NCBI GenBank assembly: GCA_964016885.1
Contig: OZ024741.1
Coordinates: forward strand, 308,326,001-308,390,000
DNA: 64,000 bases
Direction: 5' to 3'
Source of the DNA: Eledone cirrhosa
Lineage: Eukaryota
Shown: piece by piece, positions 28,837-41,875 of the stretch
How the letters are laid out: the number at the start of each line of letters is the position of its first letter
How positions within the stretch are numbered: the first letter of the stretch is position 1
Position numbers and translations under genes: made by a program
Notes under the pieces: model-generated
What the model was told of the DNA's origin: nothing
The model's input: only the letters and a program-made list of their open reading frames with translations
Databases searched by the model: none

Positions 28837-29169
28837 CGATGATGATGATGATGATGATGATGATGACGAGGAGGAGGGGGGTTTGATCCTAATGCTAGAC
28901 TGGTACATAATTTATCGACCTCAAAAAGATGAAAGGCGAAGTTGAATTTAGTGGGATTCAAATCCAAAAGCAAATACCGAAGCATTTTTAATTAGACGCC
29001 TTAACTTCATAAAGGGGTTGGCTGGTTAGTTAAGGAGTTTGCCTCACAATCTCGTGGTTCTAGATTCAGTCTCGTTGCGGGGCACCATATAACTATAGCC
29101 TCGGGTAGATCAATACTTTATGAGTGAAAGTTGTTGAAAAGAAACTGCAGAAAACTGACATGTACTCAT

Positions 29170-29292
<123 letters not shown>

Positions 29293-29337
29293 GTGACGAA
29301 ACATAAGTCAATTGCATGAACTCATAATCATTTATTT

Positions 29338-29393
29338 ACTGCTATATATATTTCGATGATAGCCATTGAATGGCTATGACCTCATCAGGCAGT
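29338..29393 (-). ncRNA. Type I hammerhead ribozyme
   Basis: Minus strand ACTGC-CTGATGA-ggtc-ATAGCCATT(c)AATGGCTAT-catc-GAAA-TATATA-TA-GCAGT. Confidence 0.75.
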
Positions 29394-29521
29394 TAGTCAG
29401 TTCTTAGATATGCCGGCTCTGTGTTTATAGTGTTGATGGTATCAGAGCCTTGGGACATATGTATATATGGACATATATATATATAAAAATCAGGATGGAT
29501 TCAGTTTGAAACTGGTTAGAC

Positions 29522-29727
29522 CAGACATGTCAAACTGAGGGTCCCCCGAGGTCCACATGGGTCACATATGTGTTGTCTGAGGGCCACGCATGACAACTAA
29601 TTGTGCACATTACAACTAATATTTTATATTTTATATTACGCTCGCGCTGAAAAAACCCTTGTGTGAGCCGCAGGTGTGCTTGTAAAGGGCCGCAGGCGGT
29701 CCGCGGGCTGCATGCTCGACATGCCTG
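29522..29727 (-). mobile_element. hAT (Charlie-like) MITE
   Basis: TIRs CAGACATGTC/GACATGCCTG and TSD GGTTAGAC/GGTGAGAC. Confidence 0.85.
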
Positions 29728-29788
29728 GGTGAGACCATTACTCAACAGAGTACTCGATATTTGGGGTAGTAGAGTATGGTTATATTAT

Positions 29789-29864
<76 letters not shown>

Positions 29865-29876
<12 letters not shown>

Positions 29877-30773
29877 AAGAATCAAAGAAGTGTTCAAAAC
29901 ATTATTGTGCTTACAGCTGTTTCCTCCAAACCGAGGTTTGGGTTCTTCGGAGCAATTTATTAATGCATGGACAGTTATATGACCTCCTTTTCAGCCAAGA
30001 GACATACCGATACATATGCAAACATTGTGGGTCAACATTCATTACAGAATTTAGAGTGGCAGTACACACTTCGAGATTACATTCATATTAAGAGGTACAA
30101 TCAAAAATCAAAAATACAGGTTAAAATACAACATGAAGATAAGCGGTCATATAGTGCAAATGTTATATGTGTGGCACGCATGTGCGTCTTGTTTATATAG
30201 TGTGGCAGAGAGATATGTGTGGTAGAGGCACTTAGGTAGGTAAACAAAGTGTTAGGTTGGTAGATCTGGTGGCAAATTCTTTATATGATTGATATAGTCT
30301 GTGTGTGGAGAAATGTTATAAGCATTTCTCCACACACAGACTATATCAATCATATAAAGAATTTGCCACCAGATCTACCAACCTAACACTTTGTTTACCT
30401 ACCTAAGTGCCTCTACCACACATATCTCTCTGCCACACTATATAAACAAGACGCACATGCGTGCCACACATATAACATTTGCACTATATGACCGCTTATC
30501 TTCATGTTGTATTTTAACCTGTATTTTTGATTTTTGATTGTACCTCTTAATATGAATGTAATCTCGAAGTGTGTACTGCCACTCTAAATTCTGTAATGAA
30601 TGTTGACCCACAATGTTTGCATATGTATCGGTATGTCTCTTGGCTGAAAAGGAGGTCATATAACTGTCCATGCATTAATAAATTGCTCCGAAGAACCCAA
30701 ACCTCGGTTTGGAGGAAACAGCTGTAAGCACAATAATGTTTTGAACAGTTCTTTGATTCTTATATTTCATATA
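29865..30773. repeat. Near-perfect palindrome (~450-bp arms, ~7-nt centre); inverted PLE pLTR
   Basis: 29865-30315 is the reverse complement of 30323-30773, which explains the identical 77-aa ORF on both strands. Each arm has an HHR. Confidence 0.95.
30684..30730 (+). ncRNA. Minimal type I hammerhead motif (U4->C variant); mirror copy at 29908-29954 (-)
   Basis: TGCT-CCGAAGA-ac-CCAAACC(tc)GGTTTGG-ag-GAAA-CAGCTG-TA-AGCA. Confidence 0.7.
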
Positions 30774-30933
30774 ACTGCTCTGTAAATCATCTGATGTTTT
30801 TACATTGAGCTACTTAACTTACTGGTAATAAGCTAGTAATACATTACTGCCTACCACTATTTAGGGTGTATATAAAAAATACTTATAACTGCATAAGGTT
30901 TTGTATTTACATAACCATAAATAGTATAACTAA

Positions 30934-30979
<46 letters not shown>

Positions 30980-31014
30980 GTGTATCCCAAAAAATGTATA
31001 CACATATATATATA

Positions 31015-31114
31015 CAGTGTGTCCCAAACAATGTATACATACTTTGATTATCTGTACAGGCAATATATATTAGAATGCTGTTGAAATGTGTATATAATTT
31101 TGTGGGACAACCTG
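31015..31114. mobile_element. Tc1/mariner-type MITE
   Basis: TA|CAGTGTGTCCCA...TGGGACAACCTG|TA, with imperfect TIRs. Confidence 0.65.
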
Positions 31115-31157
<43 letters not shown>

Positions 31158-31534
31158 GTCTTTGTGTATATCTCCCGTAAATGGTCGATAAATGATGTAT
31201 CAGGCTTGACAAAATAAGTATTAGATTCCATATGATCGCCTTAAAAAAATGGATTTCTTACGATAAGCAAAGTCAAATGATGGAGACTAGTAAAAGAATA
31301 AAAGATTAAAACAAAACACTTTATACTTTTACCTTATATTTCGCGGTTAGAATCCCCACTTTTGTTTGTTCTCTTATTTCTAACTTGCATTTTATTAGCT
31401 TTCCTAAACCAATCTTAACCACGTATTTCATAATACTGCAATTAAATATCTTTGATAGGTTTTGGCCAGTATTGGCCCAGGCCATGTCTAACTAAATAGC
31501 ACCACCTGGCTTAATTATACTAATTTGTTTTCAT

Positions 31535-31960
31535 AATGATTTCTGATTTAGGCACAAGGCCAGCAACTTGGTGGAGGAGTCGATTAAATCGACCCCAGTG
31601 CATGACTGGTACTTTATTTTATCGACCCAGTAATGATGGAAGGCAAAGCTAACCTCGACGAAATTTGAACTCAGAACGTAAAGGGCCGTAACTCTATGCT
31701 GCAAAGCAGGGAATCCGGCACTCTACCGATACTGCCAATCCACCGCCCTGTTAATAATGATTTCCACTATAGACACGAGACCAGCAATTTGGTGAAAGAG
31801 GAAAGTCGATTAAATCGACCTCAGTGCATTACTGGTACTTCATTTTATCGACCCAGTAATGATGGAAGGCAAAGCTAACCTCGGCGGAATTTGAACTCAG
31901 GACGTAAAGGTCCGTAACTCTCTGCTACAAAGCATGTTGTCCAACGCTATACCGATACTT
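31535..31960 (-). mobile_element. Two tandem tRNA-derived SINEs
   Basis: Two consecutive reverse-complement copies of the SINE consensus. Confidence 0.9.
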
Positions 31961-32009
31961 TGTTTTCATAATAAATCGTTACATGGATCATCTGTTGAAT
32001 CTAGAACTA

Positions 32010-33931
32010 ACACAACTTTGGTCCCCTCTATATCATCTAACACATAGGTCCCCTCTATATCATCTAACACATAGGTCCCCTCTATATCATCTAACACATG
32101 GGTCCCCTCTATGTCATCTAACACATAGGTCCCCTCTATATCATCTAACACATAGGCCCCCTCTATATCATCTAACACATAGGCCCCCTCTATATCATCT
32201 AACGCATAGGTCCCCTCTATATCATCTAACACATAGGTCCCCTCTATATCATCTAATACATAGGTCCCCTCTATATCATCTAACACATAGGTCCCCTCTA
32301 TATCATCTAACATATAGGTCCCCTCTATATCATCTAACACATAGGCCCCCTCTATATCATCTAACACATTGGTCCCCTCTATATCATCTAACACATAGGT
32401 CCCCTCTATATCATCTAACACATTGGTCCCCTCTATATCATCTAACACATAGGCCCCCTCTATATCATCTAACACATAGGCCCCCTCTATATCATCTAAC
32501 ACATATGTCCCCTCTATATCATCTAACACATAGGCACCCTCTATATCATCTAACACATTGGTCCCCTCTATATCATCTAACACATAGGTCCCCTCTATAT
32601 CATCTAACACATTGGTCCCCTCTATATCATCTAACACATAGGCCCCCTCTATATCATCTAACACATAGGCCCCCTCTATATCATCTAACACATAGGTCCC
32701 CTCTATATCATCTAACACATAGGTCCCCACTATATCATCTAACACATATGTCCCCTCTATATCATCTAACACATAGGCCCCCTCTATATCATCTAACACA
32801 TAGGTCCCCTCTATATCATCTAACACATAGGTCCCCTCTATATCATCTAACACATAGGCCCCCTCTATATCATCTAACACATAGGTCCCCTATATCATCT
32901 AACACATAGGTCCCCTCTATATCATCTAACACATTGGTCCCCTCTATATCATCTAACACATAGGTCCCCACTATATCATCTAACACATAGGTCCCCTCTA
33001 TATCATCTAACACATAGGCACCCTCTATATCATCTAACACATATGTCCCCTCTATATCATCTAACACATAGGCCCCCTCTATATCATCTAACACATTGGT
33101 CCCCTCTATATCATCTAACACATTGGTCCCCTCTATATCATCTAACACATAGGCCCCCTCTATATCATCTAACACATAGGTCCCCTATATCATCTAACAC
33201 ATAGGTCCCCTCTATATCATCTAACACATAGGTCCCCTCTATATCATCTAACACATAGGCACCCTCTATATCATCTAACACATTGGTCCCCTCTATATCA
33301 TCTAACACATAGGCACCCTCTATATCATCTAACACATAGGCCCCCTCTATATCATCTAACACATAGGTCCCCTCTCTATCATCTAACACATAGGTCCCCT
33401 CTATATCATCTAACACATAGGTCCCCTCTATATCATCTAACACATAGGCACCCTCTATATCATCTAACACATTGGTCCCCTCTATATCATCTAACACATA
33501 GGTCCCCTCTATATCATCTAACACATTGGTCCCCTCTATATCATCTAACACATAGGCCCCCTCTATATCATCTAACACATAGGTCCCCTCTCTATCATCT
33601 AACACATAGGTCCCCTCTATATCATCTAACATATAGGTCCCCTCTATATCATCTAACACATAGGCACCCTCTATATCATCTAACACATTGGTCCCCTCTA
33701 TATCATCTAACACATAGGTCCCCTCTATATCATCTAACACATTGGTCCCCTCTATATCATCTAACACATAGGCCCCCTCTCTATCATCTAACACATAGGT
33801 CCCCTCTATATCATCTAACACATAGGCCCCCTCTATATCATCTAACACATAGGTCCCCTCTCTATCATCTAACACATAGGTCCCCTCTATATCATCTAAC
33901 ACATAGGTCCCCTCTATATCATCTAACACAA
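32010..33931. repeat. 27-bp minisatellite (ACACATAGGTCCCCTCTATATCATCTA), ~70 units
   Basis: Seen directly. The few unit variants are GGTCC/GGCCC/GGCAC and ATAGG/ATTGG, and two units are 2 bp short (~32885, ~33180). Confidence 0.97.
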
Positions 33932-34158
33932 CACTAAATATTAACTATACCAACTATACTGTTGCTGCCCCTGCCAACACTTTTCTCTCCCTGCAGGAAG
34001 TGATGATGGGAGTGGTGGAGGATAAGTCTAATTTCCCCTCCTTCGATTCACATCCTCATCAACATACGCAAACTCTCTCTCTCCCTCTCTCTCTCTCCTC
34101 TGTACCTCTCCCTTACTCTCACTTTCTCTTTCTTTCCATAACACCATTTCTTTCTCTG

Positions 34159-34204
<46 letters not shown>

Positions 34205-34269
34205 AGTCACTCACTCTCCTCTGATCCTCTCCCTTACTCTCGCTTTCTCTTTCTTTCCATAACAGTATT

Positions 34270-34360
<91 letters not shown>

Positions 34361-34583
34361 CTATCTCTCCCTATGTATAATTCTCACCTTTTTCCTGAAT
34401 TCATAATTGAGATGTTCACCACCCACGCAGATTCCCACCCCGCGGTACACACATCATCTCCAAATGTTAATACGGGTTCCTTGTCGCCTTATCTCTCTGT
34501 TTATCACACTCTCTCCACTTTCTCCCCTCCCTCTCTCACTCGCTCGCTCACTCTCTCTCTCTCTCTGTCTTTCTCTCCACCTT

Positions 34584-34699
<116 letters not shown>

Positions 34700-34775
34700 C
34701 ATGTGTGTGTGTCTGTGTGTATTTATATGTTCTATAGTTATAGAAACTAAGCTTAGCCGTAGGGCAAAGAATCTC

Positions 34776-34817
<42 letters not shown>

Positions 34818-34996
34818 TATATATATATATATATGACCAGAGATTAATATGGTTCGTTGATTACTCAATGAATACAACTTTACAATAGATCAAAAGCACT
34901 CAACCGCAAAATTTTCCTGAGTACAGTACCTTTGAAATATATATAATAAACCATATATTTTGATTATGTGAATATCTTTCATTTCTTAATATTTTG

Positions 34997-35072
<76 letters not shown>

Positions 35073-35078
<6 letters not shown>

Positions 35079-35131
35079 AAGAAAGACGGTTTCAATTGTC
35101 CAGGACAAATGAAACCGTCTTTCTTGTTTAT
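35073..35131. repeat. Short fold-back palindrome containing the 3' half of a hammerhead (GAAACCGTC)
   Basis: TAAACAAGAAAGACGGTTTCA ... TGAAACCGTCTTTCTTGTTTA, in (TA)n. Confidence 0.8.
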
Positions 35132-35229
35132 TATTATAGTAAAACTCCGGATGAACAAAAACCGTGGAGTGCTTGGCATCTGTTAAGAAAAAGTCGGCAG
35201 ATTTTTCAATCAAACAACTTTCTTTAATT

Positions 35230-35345
<116 letters not shown>

Positions 35346-35552
35346 TCTCTTCTCGTGATATTTGGATTACAATGAGTTCTTCATACGGATTGGAGACTAC
35401 CGTATATTTTGGTAGATTTATCTACATACTTTGCTCCTAATTTTATACAGGTATTCATATTTTAATATATATTTTTTATATTTATATATATAATTTTATA
35501 ACTCCCTATATATATAGTTGAGCTCTCTTTCTTGTCCATTATCAATATTACA

Positions 35553-38073
35553 ATGGAAAAACAATATTTGGGAACTTCTTCAAAGAATATACCAATACCT
35601 TCTAAGGATGAATTCTTACTTCTTATGATACAAAAAACCAACCAATTCATCAAAAGGGTCAGACGGAGGGCCTTCCACTTTGATAGAAAAACAAAATGTA
35701 CTAATAAGAAATATTTATATGATTTCATTACATATAAGAACCCACCACACAACTCCTTGCTTGAAAACTTCGAGAAAGACCTTTTTAACTTAATCAAACA
35801 CCTCAAATTTAAGAAATAATAAATCTAATTTTCAAAAGGATCTTGATTCTACCCTATTGGATCTAAAAAGATCTAACAAAATCCATGTCCACTCTGACAA
35901 AACTGGAAATCTATACCACATGGATATTGATAATTACAATGGATAAAGAACTCAGGAAAAATTATAAAAAAACATATAATGCGGCACTTACCAACATCAA
36001 CAACAAAACACACAACATAGTAAATAGACTTAATATTGAAGACAGAACTGAACCTTTGGCACTGAAAAAACCACACTTTAACCTAAAAGATGACAAATCT
36101 AACTTTAACTCTAATCCTTCTATAAGACTCATATGCCCTTCCAAATCTGACATTGGCATCATTAGTAAAAAATTGTAGACAGAGTCATCCCACAATTAAG
36201 AAAACATGTTAATTTACCACTCTGGGAAAACACATCCCAGGAAATTAACTGGTTTACCAATATTAGAAATAAATCATCTGCTTCATTTCTACAATTCGAT
36301 ATAGATGCTTATTATCCCTCTATATCACCCATACTCCTGCACAAAGCCTTGATATTTGCCAAAAATAGATCAAACTTAACTATGGATGACATTAATATTA
36401 TCACGCACGTTAGACAAACACTACTTGAATTTCAGAAGCAATACTGGACCAGAAATACATATAGTAATCTATTCGACATTACTATGGGCTCTAGTGATTC
36501 TGCCCAAATTACCGATCTTGTGGGCCTCTTTCTTCTATTTAACATAAATGCTTCTTTTCCCCACCTTAAAGGTGGTTTATATCGTGATGACTGTCTTCTT
36601 CTTTCCACTAACCTTAGCCTATCAGAAATTGAAAAAAAAAAAAAAACTTATTAGAACTTTCCTCAAAGACTATTATAGTCTCACTATTACATTTGAAAAC
36701 ACCGGTAAAGTAGTTAATTTCCTTGATTTAACTTTAGACTTATCTACGGGTATCTACCAACCTTACCATAAACCTAACCAAAACTTACATTACATCCACT
36801 CACAATCCAATCACCCTAGATCTATCCTTAAAAACCTAGCATATAATATCTCACTCAGAATTTCTAACCTTTCATCTAACCAGGATGTATTCGATAATAA
36901 TGCGACCTTTTATAACAAAGCTTTAGCTAGAAGCGGCCACAAAAACAAATTAGTCTATATATCTTGCACCAATAATACTTCAAACATACAACCCAATATT
37001 ACCAACAAACACCAAATGAAAAACACACACCTAAATGCCACTCACACTATACCCAAAATTACCAACTTAAAACTTAATTTCTCTACCTCTTCTCACATAC
37101 AATATAATAACTTTCAAAAAACCATTCATCCTAATACTCCAATATATGTTAATAACATTACTAACAAAATTCCTAATAATCAGACTAAAACACCTAAATC
37201 AGTTAATCTAACTAAACCTATATATAATAAATTCACTAATACTAACTCTCTTAGTAAACATCATGATACATCGTATAAATATAAAAAACAACATCGAAAC
37301 CGTAAATGACGAGTTACTTGGTATAATGCTCCATTTAATCTACAAATTAAAGATAATATCCCTAAAAAATATTTTACTATCCTAGAGAAAAACTTCCCGC
37401 CAAACCATAAATACCATCAAATATTAAATAGATCAACGGTCAAATTTTCCTACTCCACTACCAAAAATATACAACAAAATATAAGTGCCTACAATGCATA
37501 TACATGTAAAAAAAAAACATGAATATACCACCAACACATCAAACTAACCATAATACTAAAATAAACCGCAACAAACCACCATCTCCTTCACATATAACAA
37601 TTCCACACCAAATTTGACTAACTCCCCTGATATAATATTCACGAATGGTTGTAACTGTAGAAACAAAGGAAATTGCCCTTTAAAAGGAGATTGTCTTATT
37701 AATAACAGTATATAAATGTAAAATTAGCACTAAGGACTCAACTTATTCATATATAGGAGCTACCTCTAACACATTTAAAGTAAGATTTAATACCCACAAA
37801 CATAATTTTAAAAATGCCGCATTAGCTAATACAACATCCTTGGCGGAAACAATTAATAATTATAGAAAAAAGAATATCGATTACAACCTGACCTGGAGTG
37901 TGCTCAAAAGGGCCACCCCTTATCAAAATAACAGATATGAGTGTAGATTATTCTCCCAGGAACTTTTTGAAATAATGAAATCTAAGGATATCCTATTAAA
38001 TAAGCGACAAGAATTAATTATATCTTGCAATCATAAAATTAGAATATCCTTCAAATATTATAAACCTAATTAA
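35553..38073 (+). pseudogene. PLE RT/GIY-YIG endonuclease ORF, broken by frameshifts and stops
   Basis: FLQFDIDAYYPSI, FDITMGSSDSAQITDLVGL, GLYRDDCL, VNFLDLTLDL, Asn-rich linker, CNCRNKGNCPLKGDC, YKC...YSYIG and LNKRQEL..C.H. Confidence 0.92.
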
Positions 38074-38744
38074 TATATTAATCATTATAATTAGTTCTTT
38101 TAATTTAGTTAACCTATAATTAGTATTTTACTACTGAGAACTTCATAATTTTATTTCCCTTTTACAGCTCTCTTTTCCTAAAACTAATACCTATAAGTAT
38201 ACATATAAACTATTTTAATTTCCTCTTATTTCTCACTAATACATTTATCCCCAAAATCTTTTTTCCTTCGTTTTTAACAACATTCTTTAATAACATCTAA
38301 CTCTTATTTATCACACCTATATGAATTAATATAAATTTATCCCTATAAGTATACCTATCAATTAAATTAATTTAATTTCTTGTTATAGATCTAAATTCCT
38401 TGTGTTTTAAATAAGATTGGTATTTCTCACTAACACATTTACCCTAAAATTTTATTCTCCTTCGATTTTAACATTAGCATTATTCTTTAATAACATCAAA
38501 TTTGTGTGTACCTTTCACTGGCTTGACCTCTTTTCATCCCCAAAGTAATCTTTTCATTCAAAGTATTCTTTCCATTCAAAACTTACTCTGCATTCCTCTA
38601 CCCCTAAATTAAATTTCTACTATTACTATTCTATCAACTTGACCACTTGCTACTTTTCTATTGGTCATTTCAAAACCTGTTCTCAAACAGACCTATTATA
38701 TTAAATCTTTGTTGGTTTTTTTCATTAAACAAATATCATTATCC

Positions 38745-38850
38745 CTCGGAGGTTAACTTTGCCTTTCATCCTTACGGGGTCGATAAAATAAAGTACCTGT
38801 AATGCACTGGGTAATTGCTGGCCTTGTGCCTAAAAGTAGAAACAATTATT
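38745..38850 (+). mobile_element. 5'-truncated SINE inserted into the PLE 3' region
   Basis: SINE core and tail GAAACAATTATT. Confidence 0.85.
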
Positions 38851-38976
38851 TCTGAAGACAGCATATATGTGTAGGTATGTATATTTCCTCTGATAGTTTG
38901 TAAAATTTGTACATAGATCTATATGATATACATACCAACACACACATATATATCCTAGAAACGATCGTAAAATGAT
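38845..38976 (+). ncRNA. Type I hammerhead with a long (~100 nt) stem II in the PLE pLTR
   Basis: ATTATTT-CTGAAGA-[ATATATGTGT..GGTATGTATAT / ATATACATACC..ACACATATAT]-GAAA-CGATCG-TA-AAATGAT. Confidence 0.75.
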
Positions 38977-39207
38977 GAATTGCTTAATATAAGGAACTGT
39001 TTCTTTGTTTTTATTCATTGTATTTATTAATTTATCTTGACTCTATTTTCCTGTGATTTTTCATCGAAAAAAATGTTTGAATACATCTTCTCTTCTCATT
39101 ATATTTCGATTACATGGAGTTCTTCATACGGATTGGACACTACCGTATATTTTGGTAGATTTATCTCTATATATATATGTATAAGTGTGTATATATATAT
39201 ATATATT

Positions 39208-39401
<194 letters not shown>

Positions 39402-39665
39402 AACATATATATAAATCGATTTCCACGTGCTATTGAAATGTTGGGTAAATATTCTATAGCGGTTGATCGCGAATAGATTGGTGTCGTTTATTTATCTACT
39501 ATTTCTTCATAGGTGCCTTTTAATCTTATAGCCTGGTTTAATTGTTTGTTTTTTTGTGTGGTTGATTATGCTAATTTGGAGAGGAAATGCTGTATATACT
39601 GATTATTTACTAGAATTCTATAAGAATATAACATCAGTGATCTCAGTAGACAGGAGGGTGTAGTT

Positions 39666-39710
39666 AGCCTTGATAAGCATCAATAAATGCGAAACAAGGC
39701 CTTGTCGGCT
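39666..39710 (+). ncRNA. Type I hammerhead, U3-A8 core variant
   Basis: AGCC-TTGATAA-GCAT(caataa)ATGC-GAAA-CAAGGCCTTG-TC-GGCT. All three stems are perfect. Confidence 0.8.
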
Positions 39711-39840
39711 TATCTCCCCTTGTTTGCTGAGATTAAAGTAAGTGAGTTTGTCACTACTCTAAAACAATAGCATACGGTCTTCAAAATGCTTTTAATTAAG
39801 CATAAAGTGTATTGCAAAATTCATTATATATATATATATT

Positions 39841-39889
<49 letters not shown>

Positions 39890-39935
39890 ATATATATATA
39901 CAAATATATATATATACAAATATATATATATATAT

Positions 39936-39987
<52 letters not shown>

Positions 39988-39990
<3 letters not shown>

Positions 39991-40152
39991 GGAACGAGTA
40001 GGACCCCGACGGCTGAGTTCAAGCCGTTTCGACGGCTATTTCTGGACTAAATGAAAATGTTTATCATGGTATATCAAACAAATGTTCATTTAGTCCAGAA
40101 TTAGCTGTCGAAACGGCTTGAGCTCAGCCGTCGGGGTCCTACTCGTTCCTAT
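39988..40152. repeat. Fold-back palindrome containing the 3' half of a hammerhead
   Basis: Arms of ~65 bp with an imperfect centre. The right arm has GAA-ACGGCT(tgagctc)AGCCGT-C-GGGGTCC. Confidence 0.9.
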
Positions 40153-40228
40153 TACACACTCTACTACCCTAAGTATTGAGTACTTTGGTGCGTTATGGTC
40201 CACCTAGTTCCTTACCACATTTCCTTCG

Positions 40229-40280
<52 letters not shown>

Positions 40281-40301
40281 ATATATAGATATTTGTATAT
40301 T

Positions 40302-40626
40302 CCATTGGCGGGCCACTTTTGAACATTGGAACAACTATTAGGGCCAGTCACTGTCAAAAATATGTAATCTAATGAAAACCAGTAGATTGAGTCATAAATA
40401 CATTGTGAATATATTTTTAAACAATAAAGACAAATATAATATAATATAGTTTTATTTAATGTGAGACTTGGTATTTGCTGTTTTTTGCACAATTTATCAA
40501 TGTCTGGTTACTAAAAAAATTCTAAATAAGCCTACAGGGTAAAAAATAAAAAACGGTCATCGCGGGCTACTCTGACTGGTCTGGCGGCCGGATTGTGGCC
40601 CGCGGGCCACTTGTTGCACGCCCCTG
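40302..40626 (-). mobile_element. hAT MITE, truncated copy
   Basis: Near-identical reverse complement of 44602-44926. Confidence 0.85.
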
Positions 40627-40794
40627 CTAATAAAAATAATGACAATGATGATGATAACTATACTGATGGTAATGACGATATTAGTGAGGATGTTGATAAT
40701 ATAGAATGAAAATGTTAATGATAATGATACAGACGAAGTTGAGAGGAAGACTCTGATGATGTTGATAATGATGTGACGACGATCACAATGATGA

Positions 40795-41875
40795 TAATTG
40801 TTTCTACTTTTGGCACAAGGCCAGCAATTACCCCCCAGTGCATTACTGGTACTTTATTTTATCGACCCCGTAAGGATGAAAGGCAAAGTTAACCTCGGTG
40901 GGATTTGAACTCAGATCATAAAGGGCCGTAACTCTATGCTTCAAAGCATGGTGTCCGACCCTCTACCGATATTGCCAATCCACCATTATAATAATAATAA
41001 TTGTTTCTACTTTTGGCACAAGGCCAGCAATTACTCAGTGTATTACTGGTACTTTATTTTATCGACCCCGTAAGGATGAAAGGCAAAGTTAACCTTAACT
41101 ATAATAATTATTAGCATCTCAGTAGAGCGTCGGACAACAGGCTTCATCGCATGGAGTTACGGCCCTTTACTTTCTGAGTCCAAACCCCACCGAGGTTAGC
41201 TTTGCCTTTCATCCTTACAAGGTCGATAAAATAAAGTACCAGTAATGTACTGGGGTCGATTTAATCGAGTTTCCTCCTTCCCCAAATTGCTGGTCTCGTG
41301 CCTATAGTAGAAATCATTATTAAGAGGGCGTTGGATTGGCAGTATCGGTAGAGTGCCGGATGCCATGCTTTGCAGCATAGAGTTACGGCCCTTTATGATC
41401 TGAGTTCAAATCCCGCTGCGGTTAACTTTGCCTTTCATCCTTACGGGGTCGATAAAATAAAGTACCAGTAATGTACTGGGTCGATTTAATTGACCTTCCC
41501 CGCCGCAACATTGTTTGCTTTGTGGCGATATAAGAAACCATTATTAACAGGGCGGTGGATTGGCAGTATCGGTAGAGTGCCGGATGCCCTGCTTTACAGC
41601 ATAGAGTTACGGCCATTTGCGTTCTGAGTTCAAATCCCGCAGAGGTTAGCTTTGCCTTTCATCCTTACGGCGTCGATAAAATAGACCACCAGTAATGCAC
41701 TGGGGTCGATTTAATCGAATTTGCCCGCCCCCAAAATTGCTGGCCTTGTGCATAAAGTAGAAATCCTTATTACTATTATTATTATTAACTAAAATATATC
41801 ATCATTATTTTATAAAGTACCAGTAATGCACTGGGTAATTGATGGCCTTGTGCCTAAAGTAGAAACAATTATTTT
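40795..41875. mobile_element. Cluster of about six SINE copies (two -, four +)
   Basis: Repeated SINE core at ~40850 (-), 41050 (-), 41200, 41430, 41650 and 41815 (+). Confidence 0.9.

Noticed and set aside
32010-33931. CRISPR-like array, or origin from PLE sequence (12-bp match CCCTCTATATCA at ~36315)
   Set aside because: There are no unique spacers or cas genes and the context is eukaryotic. The 12-bp match is too short to be meaningful.
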